DNA from: Candidatus Latescibacterota bacterium
Lineage (GTDB): Bacteria > Latescibacterota > UBA2968 > UBA8231
Direction: 5' to 3'
NCBI GenBank assembly: GCA_965243025.1
Contig: CBDETY010000003.1
Location: forward strand, 3,040,001 to 3,104,000
Length of the DNA: 64,000 nucleotides
The notes under the pieces were generated by a model, which ran no database searches, was not told the origin of the DNA, and saw only the letters and a program-made list of their open reading frames with translations. The translations under genes and the position numbers were made by a program. Numbering within the stretch: the first letter of the stretch is position 1; the number at the start of each line of letters is the position of its first letter. Shown here one piece after another: positions 23,034 through 32,640 of this stretch.

Positions 23034-23732
23034 TCATTGTCGTCCCGTGGACGTCCCAATAAGAAAATCCGAGGCGGCAAGCCACTGCTCTGCGACTGTA
23101 CGAAGGTCGCCTCCTGGTATCGCGACCCTCGCTGGAATCTCCTGGAGCACCGCGCGCAGCTCTCCACCCCGCTGACGAAGCAAACTCATATCGGTTTGCC
23201 CCCGTAGCACAGATTTTACTTCCGAGTACGCAAAGTGCATCGCCGTGCCTATGCGGTGTTCTAAGGACCAGTCCATTTCATTCTCTCGACGAAGCCGAGA
23301 AACCAGTAGTCTTTCTGGAGGATACTCCCCAACCGACAGGTATCCTGGTTTGCATTCTGCCAGCGTGCCAAATCTGGCAACGTCCTCACCACGCTCGAAC
23401 GGGCAAAGATCCATGAGGTTCAGATCCACTTTGTGAAACACTGACTCGTTACGAAGAACCGTTCCAAGCATGCATGCCGACGTCGCGGTGGACATGAGCA
23501 TCCCGTGGTAGCGAAAAGGACGATAAGAGTTCAACGCACCCACCACATTCCAGCAGCAGCCAGGAAATCCAGAGACTACGAGAAGAAGGTCGATGTCCGA
23601 CCAACGATCCTCTTCGCCCCTAGCCTCCGAACCGAACGTGTAGCAACGCTCAACGACTGGAAGGGTCCCAAGGAAATCACACAGGTCCTTCGCCAGTGTC
23701 CGCCTTGCAGCCATTCCAGGTTGAGTCAACAT
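23034..23732 (-). CDS. Nucleotidyltransferase-domain protein (cassette gene)
   Basis: YTFGSEARG...SDIDLLLV pol-beta NTase motif. Confidence 0.8.
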   Translation of the reverse strand: MLTQPGMAARRTLAKDLCDFLGTLPVVERCYTFGSEARGEEDRWSDIDLLLVVSGFPGCCWNVVGALNSYRPFRYHGMLMSTATSACMLGTVLRNESVFHKVDLNLMDLCPFERGEDVARFGTLAECKPGYLSVGEYPPERLLVSRLRRENEMDWSLEHRIGTAMHFAYSEVKSVLRGQTDMSLLRQRGGELRAVLQEIPARVAIPGGDLRTVAEQWLAASDFLIGTSTGRQ

Positions 23733-23777
23733 CCCGTTCCTTTGGGGGAATCTTGATCTTACACCCTACCTACATTG

Positions 23778-23861
23778 CTCAAACGTTTCGCCGTGCCCGA
23801 ACCGCGAATGCGGTTGCCCGAAGGCGCGCCTGCGCCAAAGCCGGGCACGGACGTGTTAGGC
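23778..23861 (-). repeat. attC-like site
   Basis: Plus strand: AAC-6nt-CCGTGCCCG...CGGGCACGG-4nt-GTTAGGC. Confidence 0.85.
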
Positions 23862-23867
23862 GAAGAC

Positions 23868-24668
23868 TTACACTTCAGCCAGAATTACCATTCCCACAGG
23901 AAGTCGAGGCACGTCACCCTCACTGTCGACATTATCCCAACCAGCCAATTCTTCAAGTCGGCGAATGACAAATCCCGCATCAGCGATGGCGTTAACGACC
24001 TCCGCGAGGGGATGAAAGAATTCGACAATTTCTCGCTCCCCTTTCCAGCCACCGTGTTTGTCAGCGAGTGGAGTGCCGTCGAAACGGTAATACCCAGGTG
24101 ACGTGTTGAAGTAATCTCGTTCGACCGAAAAGACGCCATCCCTCTCCGACAAGCATTCCAAGACTGGATTGCCGTGGGTTAATACCAATCGTCCCGTTGG
24201 CTTGAGGACCCTGTGCCAATTGCGACAACACAAGAATAGATCCTCGAACCAGCAGATGTACGTTGCAACGACGATATCCAGGCTACCGTCAGGTATCGGC
24301 AACAAAGTCTGAGCATCGGCTTCGACAAATGTGACATTCGATCCGATCTTGGCCGCATTTTCCTTTGCAATGCGGATCGCTACTGGGCTGATGTCGCAGG
24401 CCGTAACGTGGGCACCGAGATTCCCCCAGGAGAAAGCCTGTTTCGCATCTCCCGCGCAACAGGTATCTAGCAGGTGCGCCCCGGAAACGTCACCAGCCAA
24501 TTGGACTACTGCTGCGTCGAGGGTGACTGCCCCCTCAGCATAGTGCTTATGGAAGTTCGGCACCTCTTTGAGGTTGAAATCCATGTAGGCTTCTTGGTAT
24601 TCGTCCCAAGCTTCTCTCAGCATCTTGTTATGGATGGCTTGTTTATCTGGCTGGTTCATATTTGACAT
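23868..24668 (-). CDS. Class I SAM-dependent methyltransferase (cassette gene)
   Basis: LLDTCCAGD, VTACDIS, EADAQ, LKPTG motifs. Confidence 0.85.
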   Translation of the reverse strand: MSNMNQPDKQAIHNKMLREAWDEYQEAYMDFNLKEVPNFHKHYAEGAVTLDAAVVQLAGDVSGAHLLDTCCAGDAKQAFSWGNLGAHVTACDISPVAIRIAKENAAKIGSNVTFVEADAQTLLPIPDGSLDIVVATYICWFEDLFLCCRNWHRVLKPTGRLVLTHGNPVLECLSERDGVFSVERDYFNTSPGYYRFDGTPLADKHGGWKGEREIVEFFHPLAEVVNAIADAGFVIRRLEELAGWDNVDSEGDVPRLPVGMVILAEV

Positions 24669-24695
24669 TTCCCCACAACCGGAAATCGAGTTTTC

Positions 24696-24779
24696 GCCTA
24701 ACGGACAAGGGCTTGCGATGGGCGGACCCGCGTGTGCGCGGTGTATAGTTGAGAAGGGTCCTCAAGCCCGGAGTTGGTG
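24696..24779 (-). repeat. attC-like site
   Basis: AAC-6nt-GGGCTTGCG...CTCAAGCCC-3nt-GTTGGTGGCC. Confidence 0.75.
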
Positions 24780-24794
24780 GCCGTGCTCCCCTCC

Positions 24795-25271
24795 CTACTC
24801 CCGCTCCACGAAATATTTCTTAAATCCGTGACTCGTCCCATCTTGCATTCCAAGGCGTTTGTAGAATCCCACCTGATCTTCGTTTGGACCGCTGAGTAAC
24901 TGTAACTTGTAGCAGCCCTTCTCTTCGGCAAGGTTAATCGCAAATGTCATCAGTTTTTTCCCAAATCCTTTGCCTCTTTGTTCGCGTGCAACAACGACGT
25001 TCTCGATGATAGCCCAAGGGCGCCCTTCGTAAGTAAAATTCGGAACGATTGCCATTATGAGAGTGGCCACTATTTCCTTATCCGACTCGCCCACAACAAT
25101 GAAAATGTTGCCGTAGTCAGACATCTCATCGAAGATCCGAATTGACTCTTCGAGTCCGAGAGTCTTGGCCGAAAGACTATGGGGGCGGCTCGTGATCTGA
25201 GGAAAGAGATTTAGCAGCGATTCGACGTCTAACCTGGTCGCAACTCGGCAAGAAATGTCTGAATGATTCAT
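24795..25271 (-). CDS. GNAT acetyltransferase (cassette gene)
   Basis: IENVVVAREQRGKGFGKKL, FYKRLG. Confidence 0.9.
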   Translation of the reverse strand: MNHSDISCRVATRLDVESLLNLFPQITSRPHSLSAKTLGLEESIRIFDEMSDYGNIFIVVGESDKEIVATLIMAIVPNFTYEGRPWAIIENVVVAREQRGKGFGKKLMTFAINLAEEKGCYKLQLLSGPNEDQVGFYKRLGMQDGTSHGFKKYFVERE

Positions 25272-25300
25272 CCGGTGGCCTTTCTCGACTTCGGCATGGC

Positions 25301-25368
25301 CATTAACGTTTTACCGGTTGCGGAAGCCCAAGGTGCGCCAGCACCGCAGCGCAAACGTGTTGTTAGAC
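25301..25368 (-). repeat. attC-like site (short, first hairpin absent)
   Basis: AAC-7nt-CGGTTGCG...CGCAAACG-4nt-GTTAGAC. Confidence 0.8.
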
Positions 25369-25376
25369 GCTGCTTC

Positions 25377-25694
25377 TCACAGCTCTACTTCCTCGCAAGC
25401 CCACTCCTGCTCAAATGTCATTAACTCATTCCAACGTTCAAGAATGGGTTCATATTGGCGATACCAGTCAGCGTAATCCTCCGAATTCGTCGTCTCCTCC
25501 CAAGTGTGACGACTCGACCAATACTGCAACGCGAGATAAAATCGAGTATCAGCGATGCGAAGCAGACCGAGCCGCAGACAACCTGGGAGTTTCTTGAAGT
25601 GTGGAACGATCTCCCCACTGACAAGACTTTCAAGCTCCCCTTGCTCCGCACCATCTCGCAATGACCACCGCTTAAACGTTATGAAGTTTGACAT
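25377..25694 (-). CDS. Dimeric alpha/beta-barrel (ABM-like) protein (cassette gene)
   Basis: KLPGCL...YLALQYWSSR pattern; bounded by sites. Confidence 0.65.
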   Translation of the reverse strand: MSNFITFKRWSLRDGAEQGELESLVSGEIVPHFKKLPGCLRLGLLRIADTRFYLALQYWSSRHTWEETTNSEDYADWYRQYEPILERWNELMTFEQEWACEEVEL

Positions 25695-25704
25695 ATGAAA
25701 TTTT

Positions 25705-25796
25705 GTTTAACGTTCCGGGCGGCCTGCGAACCCGCGCAGCGGGTTGCCGGAGGCCAAGGCGCGATCAGCGCCGCAGCGCAAACCGCGGCGTTACCC
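25705..25796 (-). repeat. attC-like site
   Basis: AAC-7nt-stem-AACCCGC GCA GCGGGTT-GCC GGA GGC-CAA-GGCGC...GCGCC-GCAG-stem-GTTACCC. Confidence 0.88.
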
Positions 25797-25869
25797 GATG
25801 TATCAAACCACTGGACGCACCTGCGCTACTTCACTCACTCTTGAGGAACGGCACGAATTGCATCATCTA

Positions 25870-27025
25870 GTGCTCTGTTAAAGAGTCGGCATTGAATTTT
25901 GGACCTTCACCAACTTGGCATCGTCCCGGTTTCGATGTCGCCATACGAGGTATTCCTGCATGCGTTGGCCGACGTCTCGATGGTCCCTTGGGTCGCTGTT
26001 CTTGATGACGAAGTAATGGGCCGCCGTCAGATGGCATTCGAGACGATTCATCCAGGAGGCGTTGGTCGCGGTGAAGACCAAAAAGACCTGATTTCGCTGA
26101 CACCATCGCCGGATCTTGTCGGTCGTGTGCGTCGACAGGTTGTCGAGGACGAGGTAGATGCGTTTGGCTTTGCGGTAGCGGCGCCGGATGGCCTTCAGGA
26201 AGGTGAGCACCACCGAGGCGTGCTTCTTCGGCTTGTGATGCATCCACAGGTGATCCTCGTGGACGTTGTAGGCGCCGAAGAAGTAGCTGACGCCGGCGTG
26301 CCGGGAGTAGGTGGCCCGGTGCCGCACCGGGTGTTTCTGCGGCGCCCACGAAGAGCCGGCATGGGGCTTGATCTGCACCGGCCCCATCTCGTCGAAGCAG
26401 ACTACGACCGCGTCCTTCGGCGGGCGCCGGTAGAGGCGGTCGATGCGTTTTTTTTCGAGGAGAAATCCGGATCCTTCGACTCCTTCCAGGTGCGGGTCCG
26501 CTGGTAGGTGATCTTATGCCGGTCCAGGACCTTGGCGATGGTCACGTGCGAGACCTTGGGGATCATCTGGCGCCCCACCAGACAGTCGGTCAGCTTGCGC
26601 AGCGACCAGTGATTGAAGGGTTCGCCGAAAGCTCGAGGGGGCATCTTGGCGATCTCCACCACCACGGACTCGTCTTCGGGCGTCAGCGTCGGGGGGCGCC
26701 CCGGATGGGCTCGGGTGCGCAGCGAGGCCAGCCCTTCCTCGTTGTATTGCCGCAGCAGTTGGCGCACGTATTCTTCGTGCAGATGCAGGGTCGACGACAG
26801 TTCCTGGACCCGCATACCCTGGGCACTGAGGGAGATCAACTGCCCTCGGCGCATCTGCACGGCATGGCGCGGCCGCTTCAGCCATCGGCTCAGTTCCCTG
26901 GATTCGGCCGCATTCGGTGTTCGAGCATGGAGACACATGGCAGGACCTCCCCGTAAGAATCGACGTATGTCCCCATGATACCAAGGCTTACGAGAAAGTA
27001 CAAGCCCCAATCCTTAACGGAGCAC
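25870..27025 (-). mobile_element. IS630-family element
   Basis: IRs GTGCTCTGTTAAAGA / GTGCTCCGTTAAGGA; TA duplication in CTAG. Confidence 0.92.
25878..26938 (-). CDS. IS630 transposase in two ORFs, probably joined by a -1 frameshift at A8 (26448-26455)
   Basis: HTH ORF (WSLRKL) then CFDEMGP...VLDNLSTH...ASWMNRLE DDE domain. Confidence 0.85.
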
Positions 27026-27174
27026 TAGCTGGCGCGACAATGGCGATAAATCGACACCAGACTTCGGATCAATCACTGCAATCGTGTAATCAACTGTGGT
27101 ATCAGGGTAAACCTGTGGAGTTGACCCGATTTCGTGGACACTTCATTTCTTGAAAGAAAGGAGGGTGTCCAACC

Positions 27175-27489
27175 ATGCCGAAATCCCATTCCCCTTATCC
27201 GCCCGAATTCCGGCAACAGATGGTGGAACTGGTACGGGCGGGTCGTAGTCCGGAGTCGCTGGCCAAGGAATTCGAGCCGTCCGGGCAGACGATCCGCAAC
27301 TGGGTGATCCAGGCCGAACGCGATGAGGGGGTGCGCCGCGACGGCCCCTCCCGTCCGGAGCAGGAGGAATTGCGGCGCCTTCGCCGTGAGAACAAGCAAC
27401 TGCGTATCGAACGGGAGATCCTGGCAAAAGCCACGGCCTGGTTCGCTCGCGAGGCCGACTCGGAGTCCGGCCCGTCTACGAGTTCATGA
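27175..27489 (+). CDS. IS3 transposase OrfA
   Basis: YPPEFR, HTH, leucine zipper ELRRLRRENKQLRIEREIL. Confidence 0.92.
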   Translation: MPKSHSPYPPEFRQQMVELVRAGRSPESLAKEFEPSGQTIRNWVIQAERDEGVRRDGPSRPEQEELRRLRRENKQLRIEREILAKATAWFAREADSESGPSTSS

Positions 27490-28370
27490 GAGCGCACCAG
27501 GCCGACTTTCCGGTGCTGACGATGTGCCGCGTGCTGAAGGTCTCCCCCAGCGGCTACTACGCCTGGTTGAAACGCCCGCCTTCGGGTCGCGCCCGGGCCG
27601 ATGCCGTGCTCAAGGCACGTGTCGAGCAGATCCACCAACACTCCCGGGGCACTTATGGAGCGCCGAGGATCCGGGCCGAACTGGCCGAGGAGGGCCAAGC
27701 CATCGGTCGCAAGCGCATCGCCCGATTGATGCTTGAGCTCGGGGTGCGCGGGGTATGCGCCCGCCGCCGCCTCTCCACCACCCGTCGCGGCCGGCAGGGC
27801 CGGGTCGCCTCCGACCTGGTCAAGCGGGTGTTTTCGGTCTCCGGCCCGAATCGCCTGTGGGTTGCCGATCTCACCTACATTCCCACGAGGTCGGGGTTTT
27901 TGTATCTGAGCGTGGTCATGGACGCCTGGAGCCGCCGAGTGGTGGGCTGGGCCATGGCGAACCATATGCGTACGCAGTTGGTGCTGGACGCCCTTGACAT
28001 GGCCCTGCACCGGCGCCGTCCCAAGAAAGTGATTCACCACTCCGACCACGGCAGTCAGTATACGGCCCTGGCCTTCGGGAAGCGCTGTCGCCAGGCCGGG
28101 GTACGTCCGTCGATGGGATCGGTCGGTGACTGCTTCGACAATGCTCTGTGCGAAAGCTTTTTCGCCACCTTGGAAAGGGAGCTGCTGGATCGTCATCGGT
28201 TTGCTACCCAGTCGCAAGCCCAGCGTACGGTTTTCGAATACCTGGAAGGCTGGTACAACCCCCATCGGCGGCACTCGGCCCTGGGACAACGATCTCCCAT
28301 CAACTACGAGAGGTATCATTTATCAAGGGGTATAAATCCAAACGGAAAACTGTCCGTGAAATCGGGGTAA
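27486..28370 (+). CDS. IS3 transposase OrfB (DDE)
   Basis: WVADLTY, HHSDHGSQY, DNALCESFFATLE. Confidence 0.94.
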   Translation: MRAHQADFPVLTMCRVLKVSPSGYYAWLKRPPSGRARADAVLKARVEQIHQHSRGTYGAPRIRAELAEEGQAIGRKRIARLMLELGVRGVCARRRLSTTRRGRQGRVASDLVKRVFSVSGPNRLWVADLTYIPTRSGFLYLSVVMDAWSRRVVGWAMANHMRTQLVLDALDMALHRRRPKKVIHHSDHGSQYTALAFGKRCRQAGVRPSMGSVGDCFDNALCESFFATLERELLDRHRFATQSQAQRTVFEYLEGWYNPHRRHSALGQRSPINYERYHLSRGINPNGKLSVKSG

Positions 28371-28631
28371 CCTCACCTGAACAATCTTGTAGTCGATGGA
28401 AGGGTTCGGCTCCACAACGCGGACTGAATACTTAGCACCCAACTCAGGAACATGCACGTGGCGCAATTGTTTCAAAGCGTCTTCGACCCTTCGAACCGAA
28501 GACGAGTCACCTTGAACGACCAGCGTTAGTGGCTCTTCGGCGGGTTCGTCGCAGCTAGCCTCCAGGAGTGCCCCTACTCCTGAACAGATAATCCAGAGTC
28601 GTCGTCGCATCATGTTCTGATCTCGCATTTC

Positions 28632-28720
28632 GGGTAACGTCCGACAATTCCCGACAGCCCGAAGGGCTGTGCCGAAGGACGAGCGGCGAATGGCGCGCCG
28701 TGGGAATTGCTTTGATATAT
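28632..28720 (-). repeat. attC-like site (GAT core)
   Basis: AAC-6nt-CAATTCCC...GGGAATTG-4nt-GATATAT. Confidence 0.82.
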
Positions 28721-28791
28721 GACGTGTACTCTCAGAGGCAATGGGGTCCTGTTGGTGCACAATTTGTAAGATATCTTCGTTGAAACGCGAG

Positions 28792-29505
28792 CTACTCCGG
28801 CAGTCTTCCAGCTAACCATTCAATGGCGTTGAGGGTCCATGTCTCGTTTGACGCGCCCGCGAACAGATCTGTGCGGGAGTCGTCGAGGCTGGAAATGTGG
28901 CCCCCCGAGGTCATGACAACGGCCTTGCCCGCGATCGCCCCGGGCGGTTCTATTGCTGCGGCAAAATCGCCGACATTAGGGTCTTCACTACGGCCCAGGA
29001 CTGTGACGGAAGAACCCCGTCCCAAGGTCATTGAGCAGGATGTCCGGATCTGTAAGCCGTGGGGACAATTTTGCGAAATCGGATGGGAAGGGACCAGCAC
29101 TATTCGTGGCGTTCTAACCCACTCCTCATGGAATGTTACGGGCAAGTCCAACGTGCGAGCGACTTGATTCTGCGGTTCAACGAACCCCTTGTGATTGGCC
29201 ATGAGGAATAGACCACCACCGCGCGTAAAGAAATCGGTGATGGCGGCCAATTCGCCGTCCGAGAACGGAATACTTTTTCTTCTCCCCGAGATCACCAGGA
29301 CTCCGGCCTCGCGTAGGGAAGCCGCTTCGAGATCCGTAGGATCCATAGTGTAGCCACGGGCAGTGAGAGCGGAGGCAAGTCCAACCAACCGCTGTCCTCG
29401 CCAAGCGTCCCCTCGGGGCGGTTCACTATAGTTTTCAGGTTCCGTACCTTGATGTCGAATAACCTGATGACTTTTCGAATCGAAAGCCACTTTTACCATA
29501 ACCAT
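28792..29505 (-). CDS. Hypothetical protein, class-I glutamine-amidotransferase-like/DUF4350-like (cassette gene)
   Basis: FSDGELAAITDFFTRGGGLFLMANH and LNAIEWL motifs. Confidence 0.6.
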   Translation of the reverse strand: MVMVKVAFDSKSHQVIRHQGTEPENYSEPPRGDAWRGQRLVGLASALTARGYTMDPTDLEAASLREAGVLVISGRRKSIPFSDGELAAITDFFTRGGGLFLMANHKGFVEPQNQVARTLDLPVTFHEEWVRTPRIVLVPSHPISQNCPHGLQIRTSCSMTLGRGSSVTVLGRSEDPNVGDFAAAIEPPGAIAGKAVVMTSGGHISSLDDSRTDLFAGASNETWTLNAIEWLAGRLPE

Positions 29506-29534
29506 GGTACTATTCCAGTCACCTTATCCATGTC

Positions 29535-29624
29535 ATATATCGCTTTCCGGTTGCCGAACCCGCGAAGCGGGTTGCCGAAGGCCAAGGCGCCCGAGGGCGG
29601 GGCAGCGGCCACAGGTTGTTACCG
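29535..29624 (-). repeat. attC-like site
   Basis: ATC core, AACCCGCGAAGCGGGTT-GCCGAAGGC-CAA, ends GTTACCG. Confidence 0.85.
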
Positions 29625-29640
29625 GATGTGAGATCTCAAC

Positions 29641-30384
29641 CTACCCGAACCCGTTGGTCCGTATCCATTCGATTGACGACGAGATGCCCTCGTCAAGAGT
29701 TTCCAAGCACCACACAGCTTCCGGCGCATACTCCAGAAGAGCACTACACACCTCACCAATAGGGATAGTCCCTTGATCAAGAGCGAGGTGCTCGTCGGGC
29801 TCTCCGTGATTGTTGTGCATGTGAACCCACCCGATTCTGGGTCCAAGTCGTTCGACCCACGCTATCGGAGTCTCACGAGAGTTGCAATGGCAGTCCCCAA
29901 TATCGAGGCATACGTCCACTCGAGGATCATTGATTGCGTCGATCACTTCAGCTAGCAGGACGGCATCCCATCCGAGCATGTTCTCAACATGGTAGCGAAC
30001 AGAGGGTTCCTTGCACTCAAGGAAGTCATGCCAGAACGCCACACATCGAGACAACCAATTCTGCGGGGCGCTGGTGCCTGGGACGTATCCGTGGTGTAGG
30101 ATGATGTCGAAGCAATCTAGTTCACGGGCGAAGCGGCACGCCAGTTCGAATCGATGCCGGGTCACCTCCCGGATCATGGGATCATAGCTTCCAGCGCACA
30201 GATCCCCGAAAGGTCCGTGGAGTGAACGTAGCTGAAGATCATCCAGAGGTCTTTGTAATGCTGCCACCCTCTCTGGCTCGAGGAAAGACTGGATCTCGAT
30301 CCCATATCCATGTTGACGACAGACAGCGGCGTACTGGAGATCATCGACCGCAACCATAATGCGATGGGGTTTGTAACTCGTCAT
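29641..30384 (-). CDS. Sugar-phosphate isomerase/epimerase (xylose-isomerase-like TIM barrel; cassette gene)
   Basis: SLHGPF, HVEN, CLDIG, VHMHNNHG, DEHL, CLE; start reassigned to ATG 30384 inside the cassette boundary. Confidence 0.85.
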   Translation of the reverse strand: MTSYKPHRIMVAVDDLQYAAVCRQHGYGIEIQSFLEPERVAALQRPLDDLQLRSLHGPFGDLCAGSYDPMIREVTRHRFELACRFARELDCFDIILHHGYVPGTSAPQNWLSRCVAFWHDFLECKEPSVRYHVENMLGWDAVLLAEVIDAINDPRVDVCLDIGDCHCNSRETPIAWVERLGPRIGWVHMHNNHGEPDEHLALDQGTIPIGEVCSALLEYAPEAVWCLETLDEGISSSIEWIRTNGFG

Positions 30385-30404
30385 CACTTCGCAAATCTCC
30401 TTTC

Positions 30405-30488
30405 CGGTAACGTTCTCGCCGTGCCAGAACCGCGAAGGGGTTGGGCGAAGGCACCTCAGCGCCGAAGCCGGGCACGGACGTGTTATAT
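30405..30488 (-). repeat. attC-like site
   Basis: AAC-7nt-CCGTGCCAG...CGGGCACGG-4nt-GTTATAT. Confidence 0.87.
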
Positions 30489-30514
30489 GCAGTGCCGCAA
30501 GCGCTGACAACACT

Positions 30515-31255
30515 TCACGGACCCTGTGCCTGGTAGACCCCAATTATTCGGTCAATACTCTTGGTATGAAGGCGCTCATGCCATACCAGGCGACGCAAAA
30601 CCTTCCCCACAGACCAGCCGCCGTGAGCATCTAAGAGATGAATTCGCGAAAGGTCTTGTTCTGCCTTCAACTTCTGTAATGCCTCGATTGTCACGTTTCG
30701 ATGTTTTAATAAGTTATGCTGCCACGGACCCTTACTGTCAGCGGGCGAAACGGTAGGACGGATACCAATGTTTGGCAAGTAATAGTGAGTTTCTACGTTT
30801 GCGATGTGCACAAGAATCTGTCGGATTGTTCGCCAGTTCGCCCAAGTTGAAAAACGGCGATAGGGCGGATTCCAATCTAAGGCGTTGTCCGACAACTCAG
30901 CGACCTGCCTCAGAAGGTCTGTGCGTGTGGCATGAAGTAAATCGATTGTCTCATCAATCAATGAAGGTGTTACCGGCTGGTAATCCCAGTCGAACAGTAT
31001 CTCGTTTCCGCTGACCTGTTCGGCAACCTCCACTTTGGGTAGCTCTAACCCCACTCGGCACGGCACGCCACACCTTTCGCGAAACCGAATGTACTCCAGC
31101 AGTCTGTCGGGGACCTTTGCAAGGACTTCGTTTTCGGTCTCTCTCCATGTAGCAAAGCCGAGATAAGATGGAATCCAGGCATGGTATCCCGCTTCCCCAT
31201 CTTCGTCGAAAGCTCTGTGGAGGTAAACTTTTGAACTCGCTCTCGGCTCAAGCAC
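30515..31255 (-). CDS. DinB-family protein with HicB-like N-terminus (cassette gene)
   Basis: TIRQILVHIANVE and WSVGKVLRRLVWHERLH DinB histidines; N-terminal AWIPSYLGFATWRETENE. Confidence 0.72.
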   Translation of the reverse strand: MLEPRASSKVYLHRAFDEDGEAGYHAWIPSYLGFATWRETENEVLAKVPDRLLEYIRFRERCGVPCRVGLELPKVEVAEQVSGNEILFDWDYQPVTPSLIDETIDLLHATRTDLLRQVAELSDNALDWNPPYRRFSTWANWRTIRQILVHIANVETHYYLPNIGIRPTVSPADSKGPWQHNLLKHRNVTIEALQKLKAEQDLSRIHLLDAHGGWSVGKVLRRLVWHERLHTKSIDRIIGVYQAQGP

Positions 31256-31310
31256 TCTGATCCTGGACCTTTCTGTGCCTCATTGCATGTCCTCTCTCAG
31301 TCCGCATTGC

Positions 31311-31406
31311 ATATAACGTCTCACCGATTACCGAACTCGCCGAAGGCGAGTTGCCGACAGGCCAAGGTTGGAGAAGCCAGCCGCAGCGGTAAACGAGTGG
31401 TTAGTG
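31311..31406 (-). repeat. attC-like site
   Basis: AAC-7nt-CGATTACCG...CGGTAAACG-4nt-GTTAGTG. Confidence 0.88.
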
Positions 31407-31469
31407 GATGTGCGATTCTCTCCAAGAACAGCCGGTATGAGGAGAAAAACTCTCAGTCTCTCAGGACAC

Positions 31470-31910
31470 TCAGACAGACGAACGAACAGGTCTTGATGCC
31501 CAGCCTAGGGTTCCAACGCCACCGATGGTTGCCGCGGTTCCAACCACCATCCCCACGATGGTCCCTCCGCCGCATTCCTCGACGCCCAACTCCATTAGTC
31601 TCCAATACTGGTAGAGAGTCCCGACGAAGACCGGAAGCATCCCGATTGCGATTGCTGTCAACCGCTGCCCCACACTGAACTCCTTCAGAAAGCGCCTACC
31701 CAAATTGTACCATACAAAAAGCGTCCCGGCACCGAAGATCGCGAAGACAGCTAGCATTACCAGTCCGAATGGAACTCCCTCGACCGGATTGTTGAGAAGG
31801 GCGTAAAAGACGCCTATGAACAGCGCCATCATGCTGACCGCAGTGGCCAGGAGCGCGACCCCAGCCCCCCCGGGACTACCAAGCAGATCAAGAAAGCGTC
31901 GAATACTCAT
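31470..31910 (-). CDS. Hypothetical 4-TM membrane protein (cassette gene)
   Basis: Four hydrophobic segments; bounded by sites. Confidence 0.75.
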   Translation of the reverse strand: MSIRRFLDLLGSPGGAGVALLATAVSMMALFIGVFYALLNNPVEGVPFGLVMLAVFAIFGAGTLFVWYNLGRRFLKEFSVGQRLTAIAIGMLPVFVGTLYQYWRLMELGVEECGGGTIVGMVVGTAATIGGVGTLGWASRPVRSSV

Positions 31911-31957
31911 TCCGCATCCACCTCAAGGCTCAAGGTTCCCTAATTCTATCGCATTTC

Positions 31958-32046
31958 CACTAACGTTTTGACAGGACTCCGAACCGGCGTCAGCCGGTTG
32001 GGTCGGGGTTGTCGGGACGGGAGCCGCGCAGCCTGGCTTGTTATAC
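31958..32046 (-). repeat. attC-like site
   Basis: AAC-7nt-CAGG...AACCGGC GTCA GCCGGTT...CCTG-4nt-GTTATAC. Confidence 0.82.
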
Positions 32047-32095
32047 GCCGGGCGTGACGGGGTGGAAGGGTGTCGGGGGGATTTGCCCACGAGAG

Positions 32096-32611
32096 CTACT
32101 CGCTTAGGTCGACCCAGTATCTCTTGTACTTAGTTCTTGTGTCTACATCCCGAAGTTCGTCTTCCAGGATTCCCCCGTTTGCTTCGATCACCCTGATAGA
32201 TGCACCGTTAACTGAGTCCGTCGTTACAAGTACCCTTGTGACTCGCATGTCCTTTGCTTCGCGCAGAGCTGCCGCCAGCATGGCCTTCCCGTATCCTTTA
32301 CCTCTCGCAGATGGCTTGACGTAGTAGCCGATGTGTCCGCCTTTATGCTTGAGCTCGGGTGTCAAGGAGTGCCGCAGTCGACACATCCCGACGGGACTGC
32401 CGTCGTCGTCCAAGAACCAGTAAGTGGACTGCGCCACCAATCCTGGCCTCAGTCCTTTCCCTTCAGCGGAATCAACGAGACGCTGCAGGTACTCGCCCAG
32501 TTCCCCTTTGACATAGTCCGTTCCTCCGAACCCGCTTTCTCCGTTGCCAACCTCCTCGAGGAACGCATCAAGGCCTTTGGGTGGGTTCGGGGAGGCTTTG
32601 ACTAGCTTCAT
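32096..32611 (-). CDS. GNAT acetyltransferase (cassette gene)
   Basis: GGHIGYYVKPSARGKGYG, NGASIRVIEANGG. Confidence 0.9.
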   Translation of the reverse strand: MKLVKASPNPPKGLDAFLEEVGNGESGFGGTDYVKGELGEYLQRLVDSAEGKGLRPGLVAQSTYWFLDDDGSPVGMCRLRHSLTPELKHKGGHIGYYVKPSARGKGYGKAMLAAALREAKDMRVTRVLVTTDSVNGASIRVIEANGGILEDELRDVDTRTKYKRYWVDLSE

Positions 32612-32640
32612 CAGACTCTTTCCTCATCCTCACGCCTGGC

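Larger units (their letters stand above)
27116..28375 (+). mobile_element. IS3-family element
   Basis: 28-bp imperfect IRs (TG...CA); 4-bp direct repeat CCTG at 27112-27115 and 28376-28379. Confidence 0.95.
25835..28613 (-). pseudogene. ~118-aa cassette gene (possibly exported or lipoprotein) split by IS3 and IS630
   Basis: Removing both IS and one copy of each target duplication gives an open frame MMRRRLWIICSGVGALLEASCD...YKIVQVYPDTTVDYTIAVIDPKSGVDLSPLSRQLDDAIRAVPQE*. Confidence 0.85.

Noticed and set aside
24748-24754. GTTGAGA as end of the GNAT cassette, implying swapped ends with the nucleotidyltransferase cassette
   Set aside because: The real arm is GTTGGTGGCC at 24773, which closes the stem and matches the GNAT start.
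29641-30543. Long N-terminal extensions in the ORF track (also 46074..46778 and 28323..28760)
   Set aside because: They run through recombination sites; starts were reassigned inside cassette boundaries.
31248-31288. Coupled mini-ORFs (MQ*, MRHRKVQDQSA*) upstream of the DinB-like gene
   Set aside because: The GTG start has its own AGGA; chance or a frameshift is as likely as regulation.
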